NCBI GenBank assembly: GCA_043732185.1
Contig: JAYTHY010000066.1
Location: 1-64,000 of the forward strand
Direction of reading: 5' to 3'
Length of the DNA: 64,000 nt
Origin: Fibrobacteria bacterium
GTDB taxonomy: Bacteria; Fibrobacterota; Fibrobacteria; UBA11236
In this document: positions 41,108 through 50,603 of the stretch, one piece after another
Position numbering within the stretch: position 1 is the first letter of the stretch
How the letters are laid out: the number at the start of each line of letters is the position of its first letter
Made by a program: the position numbers and the translations under genes
Notes under the pieces: generated by a model
Databases searched by the model: none
What the model was told of the DNA's origin: nothing
What the model saw: the letters and a program-made list of their open reading frames with translations, nothing else

Positions 41108-41869
41108 ATGCGCAAGAAAATCGTAGCCGGCAATTGGAAAATGAATAAAACCGTTTCGGAGTCCGCGGCTTTGGCCACCGACTTGGTGGCGGCTGTCAAA
41201 GGGCAGACCTACGTGGAATCCTGCGATATCGTGATCTGCCCCACTTTTCTTGCGTTAGATAGGGTTAGTGGTATCGTAAAAGGTACGGGCATTAAACTTG
41301 GGGCTCAGGATGTACACTGGGAAAATCAAGGCGCATTTACCAGCAAAATTTCCTTGGATATGCTCAAAGCCCTTGGCGTAACCTACGTGATACTAGGCCA
41401 TTCAGAGTTACGTACTTTTTTTGACGAAACCGATGAAAACGTGCGTCGTAAAACCGCCAAAACCATCGCGGAAGGGCTCACACCCATCATTTGCGTAGGG
41501 GAGACTTTGGCCGAACGCGATGCCGGTATTACCGAACAGGTGATTGCTACCCAAGTGAAAGCCGCCTACCAGGGCCTATCCAAAGCCGATGCGGACAAAA
41601 CGGTTATTGCCTATGAGCCTGTGTGGGCGATTGGAACCGGCCGGACGGCCTCTGATGAGCAAGCGCAAGCGGTGCATAAATTTATTCGTGGATTATTGCT
41701 CGGACTGTATGACCTGGAACTTTCGGAAGGCGTTCGAATTCAATACGGTGGAAGCATGAAGCCCGAAAATGCATCTGGTTTGCTCCATCAATCCGATGTC
41801 GATGGCGGGCTTATTGGTGGCGCTTCCTTGAAGGTGGAAAGTTTTTTAGGTATTATTAAAGCCGCCTAA
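41108..41869 (+). CDS. tpiA: Triose-phosphate isomerase
   Basis: AGNWKMN, GHSE, AYEPVWAIGTG, YGGS, LIGGASL. Confidence 0.98.
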   Translation: MRKKIVAGNWKMNKTVSESAALATDLVAAVKGQTYVESCDIVICPTFLALDRVSGIVKGTGIKLGAQDVHWENQGAFTSKISLDMLKALGVTYVILGHSELRTFFDETDENVRRKTAKTIAEGLTPIICVGETLAERDAGITEQVIATQVKAAYQGLSKADADKTVIAYEPVWAIGTGRTASDEQAQAVHKFIRGLLLGLYDLELSEGVRIQYGGSMKPENASGLLHQSDVDGGLIGGASLKVESFLGIIKAA

Positions 41870-41885
41870 ACATCAGGAAAACTGC

Positions 41886-42350
41886 ATGAATCACTGGATT
41901 TTCGTCGCATTAGTCGTGCTCCATATTTTCGTTTGCGTCTTGTTGGTTCTTTTGATCCTGGTCCAAAACGACAAAGGCGGTGGATTAGCCGGTGCTTTTG
42001 GTGGCATGGGGGGCGGAGCGGCCTTTACCGGCAGTTCGGCAGCCACATTTTTAACCAAACTCACGCAGGGTGCTGCATTTGCCTCTTTTATCCTACTCAT
42101 CGGCCTTAATATCCTTTCCACTAAAGGGATTGATAGCGGTCGTCGTTCATCAGAGCTGAAATCAGCCCGACATGGACTTTCCAGCGTATTGCCAAACTCG
42201 CCTGCGCCTACAGCAGGCGGAGCGGGTGCGCCATCTGCCATTCCTGGATTGGGACAGGCGACTGAAAAATCTGTTCCGAATGGGGCTGCGCAATCCGCAC
42301 CGGCCGGCACAGAGGCACCCACAGGCGCTGCAGGACAGACTAGCAAATAA
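41886..42350 (+). CDS. secG: Preprotein translocase subunit SecG
   Basis: Two TM helices, Q-x-DKGGGLAGAFGG, FLTKLT; tpiA-secG-tRNA-Leu synteny. Confidence 0.92.
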   Translation: MNHWIFVALVVLHIFVCVLLVLLILVQNDKGGGLAGAFGGMGGGAAFTGSSAATFLTKLTQGAAFASFILLIGLNILSTKGIDSGRRSSELKSARHGLSSVLPNSPAPTAGGAGAPSAIPGLGQATEKSVPNGAAQSAPAGTEAPTGAAGQTSK

Positions 42351-42378
42351 GGAAATCGATTAGGTATTCGCAAGTTTC

Positions 42379-42461
42379 GCGGTCGTGGTGAAATGGTAGA
42401 CACGCCAGCTTGAGGTGCTGGTGGGGGCAACCCCTTCGCGGTTCAAGTCCGCGCGACCGCA
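42379..42461 (+). tRNA. tRNA-Leu(GAG)
   Basis: Acceptor stem GCGGTCG/CGACCGC+A; anticodon arm CCAGC-TTGAGGT-GCTGG; long variable arm GGG-GCAA-CCC; T arm GGTTCAAGTCC; CCA not encoded. Confidence 0.95.
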
Positions 42462-42512
42462 GTTTTCTTGCTATCCTACTCAGTGCTCTAGTCAATCTAA
42501 CAGAGGTTTCGC

Positions 42513-43355
42513 TTGCCCTACCGGCTTCTGTACATCCTTCCTAAAAACATCCTTAGCCATATTGTGGGCAGTGTAGCGCATTCGGCGCTGCCTTTTGGAC
42601 TCCATAGACATCTTAAAAACTGGTTTATCCGTCATTTCCGAGTAGAGGTTGCAGAGTCTGAACACGCTTTAGATCAGTACGCTACCCTAGGCGATTTCTT
42701 TAAAAGGCGATTAAAACCTGGTGCGCGTCCCATAGATACGACGGAAGTGGTTTCGCCCGTTGATGGAACACTGACTCAAGGTGGTCGCTTCCAAAGTAAA
42801 GTCCCTCGCCTAACGCAAATTAAAGATTTGCAATATAGTTTGCAGGAATTGGTTGGACCCAGCTGGAATTTGGAAGACTATCTTTCCGGTGGCTTTTTGA
42901 CCATTTATCTGGCACCCTACAACTATCATCGGATTCATTCCCCTATTGACGGCCAGGTCAATCAGGTTGCCTACATTCCCGGTGCGCTCTGGCCAGTAAA
43001 CACCTGGAGCGTGAACCATATTCCTGGACTGTTCGTAGTCAACGAAAGATTAATTGTCGAAGTAGAAGGCGCGATAGGCAAAGCCTTGGTTGTGATGGTG
43101 GGGGCCACCAATGTTGGCCGAATCACCTTAGATTTTCATGCAGATATTATCGGAAATGCCTGGCCACAAAGTCGCGATAAAGTGTGGCGACCCCAAGGTC
43201 CATTACCGATTGGCAAAGGCGAGGGGTTAGGTTGTTTTGAATTGGGATCGACTGTAGTTGTCATCCTATCCAGTCAGCTGGCGGACAAAGTGGACCCTGC
43301 TCTCTTGAAACCTGGTAATCGCATCATGCGAATGGGCCAGAGGCTTACCCCTTGA
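42513..43355 (+). CDS. psd: Phosphatidylserine decarboxylase proenzyme
   Basis: FFKRRLK, SPVDG, YLAPYNYHRIH, VGATNVG, LGST cleavage motif; TTG start. Confidence 0.93.
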   Translation: MPYRLLYILPKNILSHIVGSVAHSALPFGLHRHLKNWFIRHFRVEVAESEHALDQYATLGDFFKRRLKPGARPIDTTEVVSPVDGTLTQGGRFQSKVPRLTQIKDLQYSLQELVGPSWNLEDYLSGGFLTIYLAPYNYHRIHSPIDGQVNQVAYIPGALWPVNTWSVNHIPGLFVVNERLIVEVEGAIGKALVVMVGATNVGRITLDFHADIIGNAWPQSRDKVWRPQGPLPIGKGEGLGCFELGSTVVVILSSQLADKVDPALLKPGNRIMRMGQRLTP

Positions 43356-44224
43356 ACTGGGTGGAACGCAACCCTAAGCAGATTGAATCCCTTCGTACTT
43401 TCATTTCGGAATTCCAAAGCGTAAAGCCCGGGGTCCTGTCCCATTTCCAGGGTGGGTCCGGAAAAATTCTTTTTCCCATGCCACCGGAATCCGATCGCGG
43501 TGTGGCTTTACTCCTGTGCTTTTGTGCCTTACATCAAAACATCAGCGAGATGCGCGTCATCCAGCTACTGGCGCATTTGTGGGATGCCTATGGTACCGAC
43601 CTCTTTAAACTAAATCGAATGCCTTTTCAAGATTTGCAAAATAAGTTGCAAGACTTTAAGGGGCTGGATGATTGGGATCTTTTGACCAAGGTTCCCGGAA
43701 TTTTACGGAGTGTCTGCGATTTTTTTTATCAACACGGGGCTTTGGTGCCATGGGTACATTCCGTAGGCGATGCGGAAGCCAGTGTTCAAATTTTGGCCGA
43801 GGAGATTTTTATGATGGGAAAATCTTCCCAGTTTAAAAGTAAGCCACGGTATTTTATGTGGTTGCTGACCCAAATTCCAGGGGCTCAGCCGGAAAAATTT
43901 TGGAACGATGAAATGAAGCTACCCATTACTTCTGGACATATCCGATTGTTGAGGGAATTCGGTCCTTTGAAAAATAAACGGAATTCACCTTGGATAACGG
44001 CTGAAGAGAAACTCAGCTACTGCAATCGATTTTACTGCATGTTGTTCCCTGGAAAATCATGGATGATTTATACGGCTATGGACGCCTACTTGAAAGCAAC
44101 CGCTCCAATGGTCAATGCGTTGGCTTCCAATTCCCAGGATAAAATGTGGCGTTGTCGGCAAGTTTTAAACGGTTGCATAAATTGCATTCTGGCGCCCGAA
44201 TGTCCGGGTCGTGAGGACGTATGA
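43352..44224 (+). CDS. Hypothetical HhH-GPD-superfamily-like protein with endonuclease III-type Fe-S motif
   Basis: C-terminal C-x6-C-x2-C-x5-C (CRQVLNGCINCILAPEC); coupled to neighbours by 4-nt overlaps. Confidence 0.55.
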   Translation: MNWVERNPKQIESLRTFISEFQSVKPGVLSHFQGGSGKILFPMPPESDRGVALLLCFCALHQNISEMRVIQLLAHLWDAYGTDLFKLNRMPFQDLQNKLQDFKGLDDWDLLTKVPGILRSVCDFFYQHGALVPWVHSVGDAEASVQILAEEIFMMGKSSQFKSKPRYFMWLLTQIPGAQPEKFWNDEMKLPITSGHIRLLREFGPLKNKRNSPWITAEEKLSYCNRFYCMLFPGKSWMIYTAMDAYLKATAPMVNALASNSQDKMWRCRQVLNGCINCILAPECPGREDV

Positions 44225-45111
44225 AATCCTATTCGATTTTCACCTGTTCGATTTTTTGGTTTGTAATTTCATTTTTTTTCGGTTGCCAATTTTCAAAAGA
44301 CGAGGACATTTCCCTGTCGCCCATCGCCAACCGGGTATCGTGGAAAAATCTTCCGGCAACGAGCTATTCCGTAGACTCCTTGCCTAAGCAAAATGAATCA
44401 TCCGACTCGACATTCCATTTCGCCTCAACCCGCAGCCACAAATTTGAATTTGCAGGCACCGATACCGTGCATTTGGTTTTACATGAATTTGACCAAGAGT
44501 TTTCAGCCTATGCAGCCTTTACTGAAAACGCGAGTGAAAGGGACATGGAGCAGGGATACTTCCAAAATGGCAATCGACTTATTTTTTACCATGGCCGCTA
44601 CTTGGGCGAATTTCGTGAAACTGGATTTAAATTGATTCCAAGTCGTTTTTTGCAAAACGTGCTTGACTTTCAAGGCGAGGAACTCTTTTTGAAACCCAAT
44701 CAATTTCAATCCTTTCCAATACTTGGCAGAATTGCAAAAAGTGAAAGGGTGATTCTTCAACATTTTATGGGAAAAAATTGGATCGGTCCTGTATTTACAG
44801 TTCAATACCATTGCAATGAGGATACGGCGACTTTATTTCGAGGTTTTCCGCAGGGGCCAGGATATCGAGCAGATCAGTTTTCTGACTGGAATGGAAAATT
44901 GGATACACTCTCCAAAGCAGGAGATATTCACTTTAGCGGGCAAAACGGTGTACATGAGCCTTTGCTTTTTTGGGGTTTTAGCACAGGTATATTCGGGGTA
45001 ATCGGTTGTTACGACCCAGAAATGGCCCTTGCCTATGCCGAAAAAATGAAAAAAATGATGATTTTTTGGAAAACACCGCGGTTTTTTGGAAAAAATGAAA
45101 GGATGAATTGA
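44221..45111 (+). CDS. Hypothetical lipoprotein
   Basis: Hydrophobic N-terminus with FFGC lipobox-like motif. Confidence 0.6.
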   Translation: MKSYSIFTCSIFWFVISFFFGCQFSKDEDISLSPIANRVSWKNLPATSYSVDSLPKQNESSDSTFHFASTRSHKFEFAGTDTVHLVLHEFDQEFSAYAAFTENASERDMEQGYFQNGNRLIFYHGRYLGEFRETGFKLIPSRFLQNVLDFQGEELFLKPNQFQSFPILGRIAKSERVILQHFMGKNWIGPVFTVQYHCNEDTATLFRGFPQGPGYRADQFSDWNGKLDTLSKAGDIHFSGQNGVHEPLLFWGFSTGIFGVIGCYDPEMALAYAEKMKKMMIFWKTPRFFGKNERMN

Positions 45112-45187
45112 CATTCGCCTCTATTTGTTGCAACTTAAATGGTCAGTACGGCGGATTTTAGCCACTTTTGCTCTCGGAGGATGAACA

Positions 45188-45373
45188 ATGAGCACTATTC
45201 AAGCCTTGGAAAATGAGATTGGGTCCCTAAAGGAAGAGTTCGAGAAGTTCGAACGCGGGAATAAATCCGCGGGCACCCGGGCCCGTAAAATTCTGCAAAA
45301 CATAAAGCGAATTTCGCAAGAAATTCGTGTGACCATTCAATCGGTCAAAAAAACGGACGATACAGAAGCCTAA
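45188..45373 (+). CDS. Histone H1-like (Hc1-family) small basic protein
   Basis: KFERGNKSAGTRARK motif; GGAGG RBS. Confidence 0.8.
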   Translation: MSTIQALENEIGSLKEEFEKFERGNKSAGTRARKILQNIKRISQEIRVTIQSVKKTDDTEA

Positions 45374-45398
45374 TTCCGTTTTTTTTCTGAAACTTCTC

Positions 45399-45430
45399 TG
45401 GCCTTCAAAAACCCTGCTTTTTGAAGGCCA
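45399..45430. terminator. Hairpin between convergent genes, probable bidirectional terminator
   Basis: Perfect 13-bp stem TGGCCTTCAAAAA-CCCTGC-TTTTTGAAGGCCA. Confidence 0.65.
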
Positions 45431-45447
45431 AGGTAAGAATTCCGATT

Positions 45448-46335
45448 TCAGTTAATTTTAGAGGTTGGGTCAAGGGCATCCCTAAGGCTGTCTCCCAGAA
45501 AATTCATACACAAGAGACAAATCGTTAGGGTTAGACCCGGAAAAAGCAGCAGCCACCATGCCGTGTCCATATAGGCATTTCCATCAGAAATAAGCACACC
45601 CCACGTACATGAAGACACATTAAGCCCCAGAAAGCTTAAAAAGGCCTCCTGAAGAATTACGGAAGGCACCGTTAATGTGGCATAGACAATCACTACGCCC
45701 ATTACGTTGGGAATGATATGCCGCAAGATGATACGAAAGCTGCCTACTCCTAGCGCTCTGGCCGCCAAGATGAACTCCTCATTTTTAAGAGCAAGAACTT
45801 GACCGCGAACAATGCGAGCTACCGTCAGCCATTGAACCAGTCCTAGAGCCAGAAAAAGGACGTAGATATTTTTTCCGAATTGAAAAATCAAGATGATGAC
45901 AAGAAACATATAGGGTAGGGAATAAAGAATGTCAACCACACGCATCATGGCTTGGTCGAGCTTTTCATCAAAGAAACCAGAAATACATCCGTAGAACAAT
46001 CCAATCACGACGCTGACCAGCGTCCCAAGAAAACCAATGGCAAGGGAAAGTTGACCGCCTTTTAAAACACGCACAAGCAGATCTCGCCCCAAATGGTCCG
46101 TTCCCATCCAATGCCACCAACTAGGTGCAGCCAATTGATTTTCAAGAACTTGTGATTCAAAATTGGGCAGAAACCAGGGCCCGATTAAAACGGCCAATGT
46201 CATCAGCATTAGAATGGACGCTGCAGGCAGGGCTCGGCGATCTTTGCTGAGCTTGATTAAGGCTAGCCTCCAGGGAGAAGGGCTGGTAGTTTGCACCACC
46301 CTAGTTTTCACAACCGGTTCTTGAAATTGGGCCAT
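45448..46335 (-). CDS. oppC: Oligopeptide ABC transporter permease
   Basis: HWMGTDHLGRD, EFILAARALG, EAFLSFLG, GDSLRDALDP. Confidence 0.92.
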   Translation of the reverse strand: MAQFQEPVVKTRVVQTTSPSPWRLALIKLSKDRRALPAASILMLMTLAVLIGPWFLPNFESQVLENQLAAPSWWHWMGTDHLGRDLLVRVLKGGQLSLAIGFLGTLVSVVIGLFYGCISGFFDEKLDQAMMRVVDILYSLPYMFLVIILIFQFGKNIYVLFLALGLVQWLTVARIVRGQVLALKNEEFILAARALGVGSFRIILRHIIPNVMGVVIVYATLTVPSVILQEAFLSFLGLNVSSCTWGVLISDGNAYMDTAWWLLLFPGLTLTICLLCMNFLGDSLRDALDPTSKIN

Positions 46336-46336
46336 G

Positions 46337-47251
46337 CTATTGCAACAGAATGCGGGGGTCGACAAAGGTCTGTATAATGTCGGCCACCAAGTTTAGAAAA
46401 AGCAGAAACACTGAATAGACGATGATAACGCCAAGCGCAAGAGGAAAGTCGCGTTGAAAAACCGATTCGACAAAGTAGCGGCCGAGGCCGGGAATATTGA
46501 AAATCTTTTCCACGACCAGCGTTCCCGTGAGAACCGACGCGGTGGCCGGTGCCATAAAATTCACAATCGGTAAAATGCTATTGCGTAAAAGGTGTTTCCA
46601 CAAAATCCGCGATTCCGGTAGTCCTTTAGCGCGTGCGGTGCGGATATAGTCCTTGTTTAGGTTTTCCAAAAAGCTGCCGCGGGCAATACGCGTGATATAG
46701 GCAATATAAGTCAAACTCAAAGTGATAACCGGCAACACCAAAGCACCTGGATTCGGCCAGCCCGATACTGAGGTCCAATGCATCCGTAAGGCGAAAATCA
46801 GTTGCAACAATGAACCTAAAACAAAATTGGGAATCGCAATGCCGATCATGGCCATGGCCATGATGAAACTTTCAAACCAACGCCCACGGAAAAGTGCGGA
46901 AATAAGGCCCCAGGCTAGACCCGCGGCCATGGCTAAAAGCAAAGCGTAACCGCCAAGTGTCATGGATACCGGCAAGGCTTCGGCAATGATTTCCAGTACC
47001 GAGCGGTCGCGATGGGAATAGGAATAACGGAAATCCCCATGCAGAAAAATACCTATCATGTACTGACGATAAGTAAAGTCGTATTTGCGATGCAGTTCCG
47101 CGAGGATGGCGGGGGAAGGGCTCTTTTCGGTTTCAAACGGTTTGCCAGGCGCAGATTTCATGATCGCGTAAGAAAGGCTGATGATGACCACCAACGTGAA
47201 AACATTCAGGGCGACGCGAATGCCGATGCGTTTGAAAAAATCAAGGCGCAA
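46337..47251 (-). CDS. oppB: Oligopeptide ABC transporter permease
   Basis: DYIRTARAKGL, VEKIFNIPGLG, DPRI. Confidence 0.92.
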   Translation of the reverse strand: MRLDFFKRIGIRVALNVFTLVVIISLSYAIMKSAPGKPFETEKSPSPAILAELHRKYDFTYRQYMIGIFLHGDFRYSYSHRDRSVLEIIAEALPVSMTLGGYALLLAMAAGLAWGLISALFRGRWFESFIMAMAMIGIAIPNFVLGSLLQLIFALRMHWTSVSGWPNPGALVLPVITLSLTYIAYITRIARGSFLENLNKDYIRTARAKGLPESRILWKHLLRNSILPIVNFMAPATASVLTGTLVVEKIFNIPGLGRYFVESVFQRDFPLALGVIIVYSVFLLFLNLVADIIQTFVDPRILLQ

Positions 47252-48809
47252 GGTACACGTCTTTCCAAGAATACATGCCTAAAGAATTTGGAATGGCATT
47301 CTTTATGGCCGGACTCCGTAACTCCGTCAGGGCATAATAGTAGATGGGAATGATGGGCATATCTTCCATTAGGATTTTTTCGCATTCCCGTAATTTATCC
47401 AGCCTCAGTTTGGGGTCGGAAATTTTCCAGCTCGCCTTGATTCCTTCGTCATAAACTGGGTTCGCATATCCGGTGCGATTATTGGCATTGTCGCTGGTAT
47501 AAAGTTCCAGAAAGGAGATGGGATCAGGGAAATCGCCAATCCAAGAAGCCCGGGCCAAGGACGGATAGTCCAGATTTTTGGTATTCTGGAGGTATACCTT
47601 CCATTCATAGTTCACAACTTCGGCATCCAAACCCAGGTTCTCTTTCCACATTTGTCGCACCACCTCGGCATTATCTCGATGTGATTCGGCCGTATTGAAA
47701 AGGATTTGCAAGTGGGGTGGCGGTTTACCGGGGCCATAACCGGATTTAGCAAGACATTCTTTGGCTTTAGCAGGGTTGAAAAGTTCCATTCCTAATTCCG
47801 GGTAGCTGGCAGTTGGTGGGACAAAGCTGGTGGCTGGACGATAAATGTCTTTCTGCACCCGGGCCACAATTTTTTTCCTGTCGATTGCATAAGACAGAGC
47901 TTTACGCAATTCCTTGGAATCGTAACCGGGACTCTTGCAGTTTATGATGTAAAAGTACGTTCCGAAAAGCGTAGGATTAAAAAACTCAGGCATTTTTTTA
48001 GCCGCCTCAAGTTTGCTGGGTGGCACGCTGAAAATCCAATCGACCTCCTTCGACAGGAACATGTTATACCCCGTCAACTGGTCTTCGACCGGTTTGAATA
48101 CAATTCGCTCTTGATGGACATTTGCAGCGTCCCAGTATCGGGGATTCTTTACCACTTCCAGTGCAACATTCCGCTGCCAGGATTTCAGTAGGAAAGGCCC
48201 ATTGCATGTGATATGCGTAGGGTCCGTCCACTTTTCTTGATACTTATCGATTGTATCAATGGGAACCGGAAAGAAAGGCTCGAATGCACAGAGATCCAGG
48301 AAAAAGGCCACGGGATCTTCCAGTTCAACTTTAAAAGTGGAATCATCGGGTGCAGAAACACCTAGTGAATCAACGGGTAACTTTTTTTCGCGAACAAGTG
48401 TCCCATTCCGGATGATTTTAAGAAGGGAGGAATACTCGCTGGCAGTTGATGGGTTTATGAACCGACGCCAAGACCGGAGAAAGTCACGGGAGGTTAAGGG
48501 TTGCCCGTTGCTCCAGGTAAGGGGCCGCAGGTGGAAAGTATAGAATTTACCGTCCATTGAGATTTCCCAGGTACGGGCCGCACCTGGCCGCACCTCAGCA
48601 CTATGGAGGCCACGCAAGACCAAACCTTCGAATATAGCGCCTACCACTCGGAGCTCAGGCTGGCCAGTGACTATATGAAGATCAAGGGAAGCGGGCTCGG
48701 CACTGTTTGCTACCACAAGAGGCCGGCTAGTGGGGGAGCCTTTTTTGTCGCATCCCCAGAGGAACGTTAGGCTAAGAAAAAGGAGGAGTAGGCGATGACT
48801 TGGCTGCAT
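47241..48809 (-). CDS. oppA: Oligopeptide ABC transporter substrate-binding lipoprotein
   Basis: Lipobox LWGC; EPASLD, FEGL, NGPFLL, KNPRYWD, WIGDFPDP. Confidence 0.92.
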   Translation of the reverse strand: MQPSHRLLLLFLSLTFLWGCDKKGSPTSRPLVVANSAEPASLDLHIVTGQPELRVVGAIFEGLVLRGLHSAEVRPGAARTWEISMDGKFYTFHLRPLTWSNGQPLTSRDFLRSWRRFINPSTASEYSSLLKIIRNGTLVREKKLPVDSLGVSAPDDSTFKVELEDPVAFFLDLCAFEPFFPVPIDTIDKYQEKWTDPTHITCNGPFLLKSWQRNVALEVVKNPRYWDAANVHQERIVFKPVEDQLTGYNMFLSKEVDWIFSVPPSKLEAAKKMPEFFNPTLFGTYFYIINCKSPGYDSKELRKALSYAIDRKKIVARVQKDIYRPATSFVPPTASYPELGMELFNPAKAKECLAKSGYGPGKPPPHLQILFNTAESHRDNAEVVRQMWKENLGLDAEVVNYEWKVYLQNTKNLDYPSLARASWIGDFPDPISFLELYTSDNANNRTGYANPVYDEGIKASWKISDPKLRLDKLRECEKILMEDMPIIPIYYYALTELRSPAIKNAIPNSLGMYSWKDVYLAP

Positions 48810-49020
48810 TTTTATATCTTTTCTTGAATGATTGGCGCGTTCAAAAACCGAAGTCGGGTGCACGCGAGTTAGTTTTTTCCTTAGGTTTATTTAATCAATT
48901 CAGATCAGATAGAGTAGAAAAAAAAGAAATTTTTGCTGACTACTACAGGGCAGGTTACCTTGGTACTTTTTCAACTTCACCAAATCCAATTTCAAAAAGC
49001 TACTTTATTGCGGAAACCAT

Positions 49021-49049
49021 TTGACTTGTAATGGTCTTGAGGATAACTT
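49021..49049 (+). promoter_or_regulatory. Candidate sigma70-type promoter for the 49125 operon
   Basis: TTGACT-17 bp-TAACTT. Confidence 0.4.
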
Positions 49050-49124
49050 GCTGTTGGACGAAGAGGCCGCCTGCAAGTTCATGCGGTGGAATCAATTTTT
49101 GGGTAACAAATAGGGACATACACT

Positions 49125-50603
49125 ATGCAAAGATTTTTGTACGCGGCACTTGTGTGCGGCAGCCTATGGGGCCTGGGTTCGGTTGAAGCCAAAACGGTTC
49201 GCGTTCCCGGTGACTTTCGGTCCATCAATGCCGGTTTGACCAGTGCCGACTATGGTGACACCGTTTTGGTGTCGCCAGGCCGGTATTATGAAAACGTGAC
49301 CCTGGTTCAAGGGGTCATTTTAATGGGAACCGATCAGCTGAAGTGCATAATCGATGGCATGCGTCGAGGCCCCACCGTTTATGCGGTAACCGGTTCAGAA
49401 ATCGGTCGTTTTACCATCACCAACGGTATCGATGGTATTCTCTGCGAAAACTCTTCTCCCTACATTCATCACAATTGGATTTTAGACAACCAAGGGGCCG
49501 GTATCGGCGCCTTTATTTCGCTTCCCCAGATCTACGACAATGTCATTTACGGAAACCGATGGTCGGGAGTGCTAGCCTGGGGTGCCAAGTCTTTGGACAC
49601 TCGCATTGAGAATAACGTCTTAATCCGTAATGGATACTCTGGCTTCACGCTCAAGGGACCTTGCCGCCTCGTCATTCGCAATAATATCGTGATGGAAAAT
49701 TTTGAATACGGAATTTATTCCGATCCAGCTTCTGGTCAATCACAAATCGTTTACAACAATATTTTCAAAAATGTAATTCCGTTCAATCGCTACACCAAAA
49801 TCAATAAAACTAACGTTTCCCATGATCCCATGTTCCTGAGTCCTAGCCTGGCAGCCCCTAACTATTTTGTCGCCGCCAAATCGCCAATGGTCCGACGTGG
49901 TTATGGTCAGGTTGATATCGGCCTCATCGCAAAAGATCAGGTCGTTTCCGTGGATGGTGACCGGGACAATGATGGAATCCTCGATTCCAAAGATGTTTGC
50001 CCCGACCTGGCTGAAGATCAAGATGGCTTTCAAGATGAGGATGGATGTCCTGATTTTGATAATGATAATGATGGCATACAAGACAGCAAGGACAGATGCG
50101 TCAATGATCCTGAAGATAAGGATGGATTCGAGGATCAGGATGGATGTCCGGACCCGGATAATGACAAAGACGGTATTCCGGATAGCCGGGACAATTGCCC
50201 CGATGTCGCTGGTGATGCCGGACATAATGGATGCCCTTTTAAAGCGCCTGCAAAAATTGAAGATAACTTCATACTTGAAGGTGTAAATTTCAGAACCGGT
50301 AGTGCTGAAATTACCGAGGACTCTTACTCCAAATTGGATGAGGTGTATGAACAGTTGGCCAAGTATAACGACCGAAAATTCGAAATTGCTGGACATACCG
50401 ACAATGCCGGCACGGATCGGATTAACATTAAACTGTCGTTGGATCGAGCGAATTCCGTGAGAGACTATCTCATAAACCGTGGGATTGACGGCAGTCGATT
50501 GGTTGGCAAAGGATATGGGTCCTCGCGACCAAAGGCCGACAATAAAACCGCTGAAGGTCGAAGCGTCAATCGGCGCATCGAGTTCTACAGGATTAAGAAA
50601 TGA
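49125..50603 (+). CDS. Exported protein: right-handed beta-helix + thrombospondin type 3 repeats + OmpA peptidoglycan-binding domain
   Basis: Signal peptide; VRVPGDF...GDTVLVSPGRYYE and I-x-NN-x-I-x-x-N repeats; D-x-DNDGI-x-D-x-x-D-x-CP repeats; IAGHTDN, LSLDRA, NRRIEF. Confidence 0.9.
   Translation: MQRFLYAALVCGSLWGLGSVEAKTVRVPGDFRSINAGLTSADYGDTVLVSPGRYYENVTLVQGVILMGTDQLKCIIDGMRRGPTVYAVTGSEIGRFTITNGIDGILCENSSPYIHHNWILDNQGAGIGAFISLPQIYDNVIYGNRWSGVLAWGAKSLDTRIENNVLIRNGYSGFTLKGPCRLVIRNNIVMENFEYGIYSDPASGQSQIVYNNIFKNVIPFNRYTKINKTNVSHDPMFLSPSLAAPNYFVAAKSPMVRRGYGQVDIGLIAKDQVVSVDGDRDNDGILDSKDVCPDLAEDQDGFQDEDGCPDFDNDNDGIQDSKDRCVNDPEDKDGFEDQDGCPDPDNDKDGIPDSRDNCPDVAGDAGHNGCPFKAPAKIEDNFILEGVNFRTGSAEITEDSYSKLDEVYEQLAKYNDRKFEIAGHTDNAGTDRINIKLSLDRANSVRDYLINRGIDGSRLVGKGYGSSRPKADNKTAEGRSVNRRIEFYRIKK
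49959..50237 (+). repeat. TSP3-type Asp-rich repeats, about 99-bp period
   Basis: DRDNDGILDSKDVCP / DNDNDGIQDSKDRCV / DNDKDGIPDSRDNCP. Confidence 0.85.

Noticed and set aside
42379..42512. tRNA-Leu as an island integration site
   Set aside because: No integrase and no duplicated tRNA 3' end seen; psd follows directly.
45448..48809. oppABC without oppD/oppF (and fad cluster without acyl-CoA dehydrogenase)
   Set aside because: Split operons are common; the missing genes may lie elsewhere in the genome.
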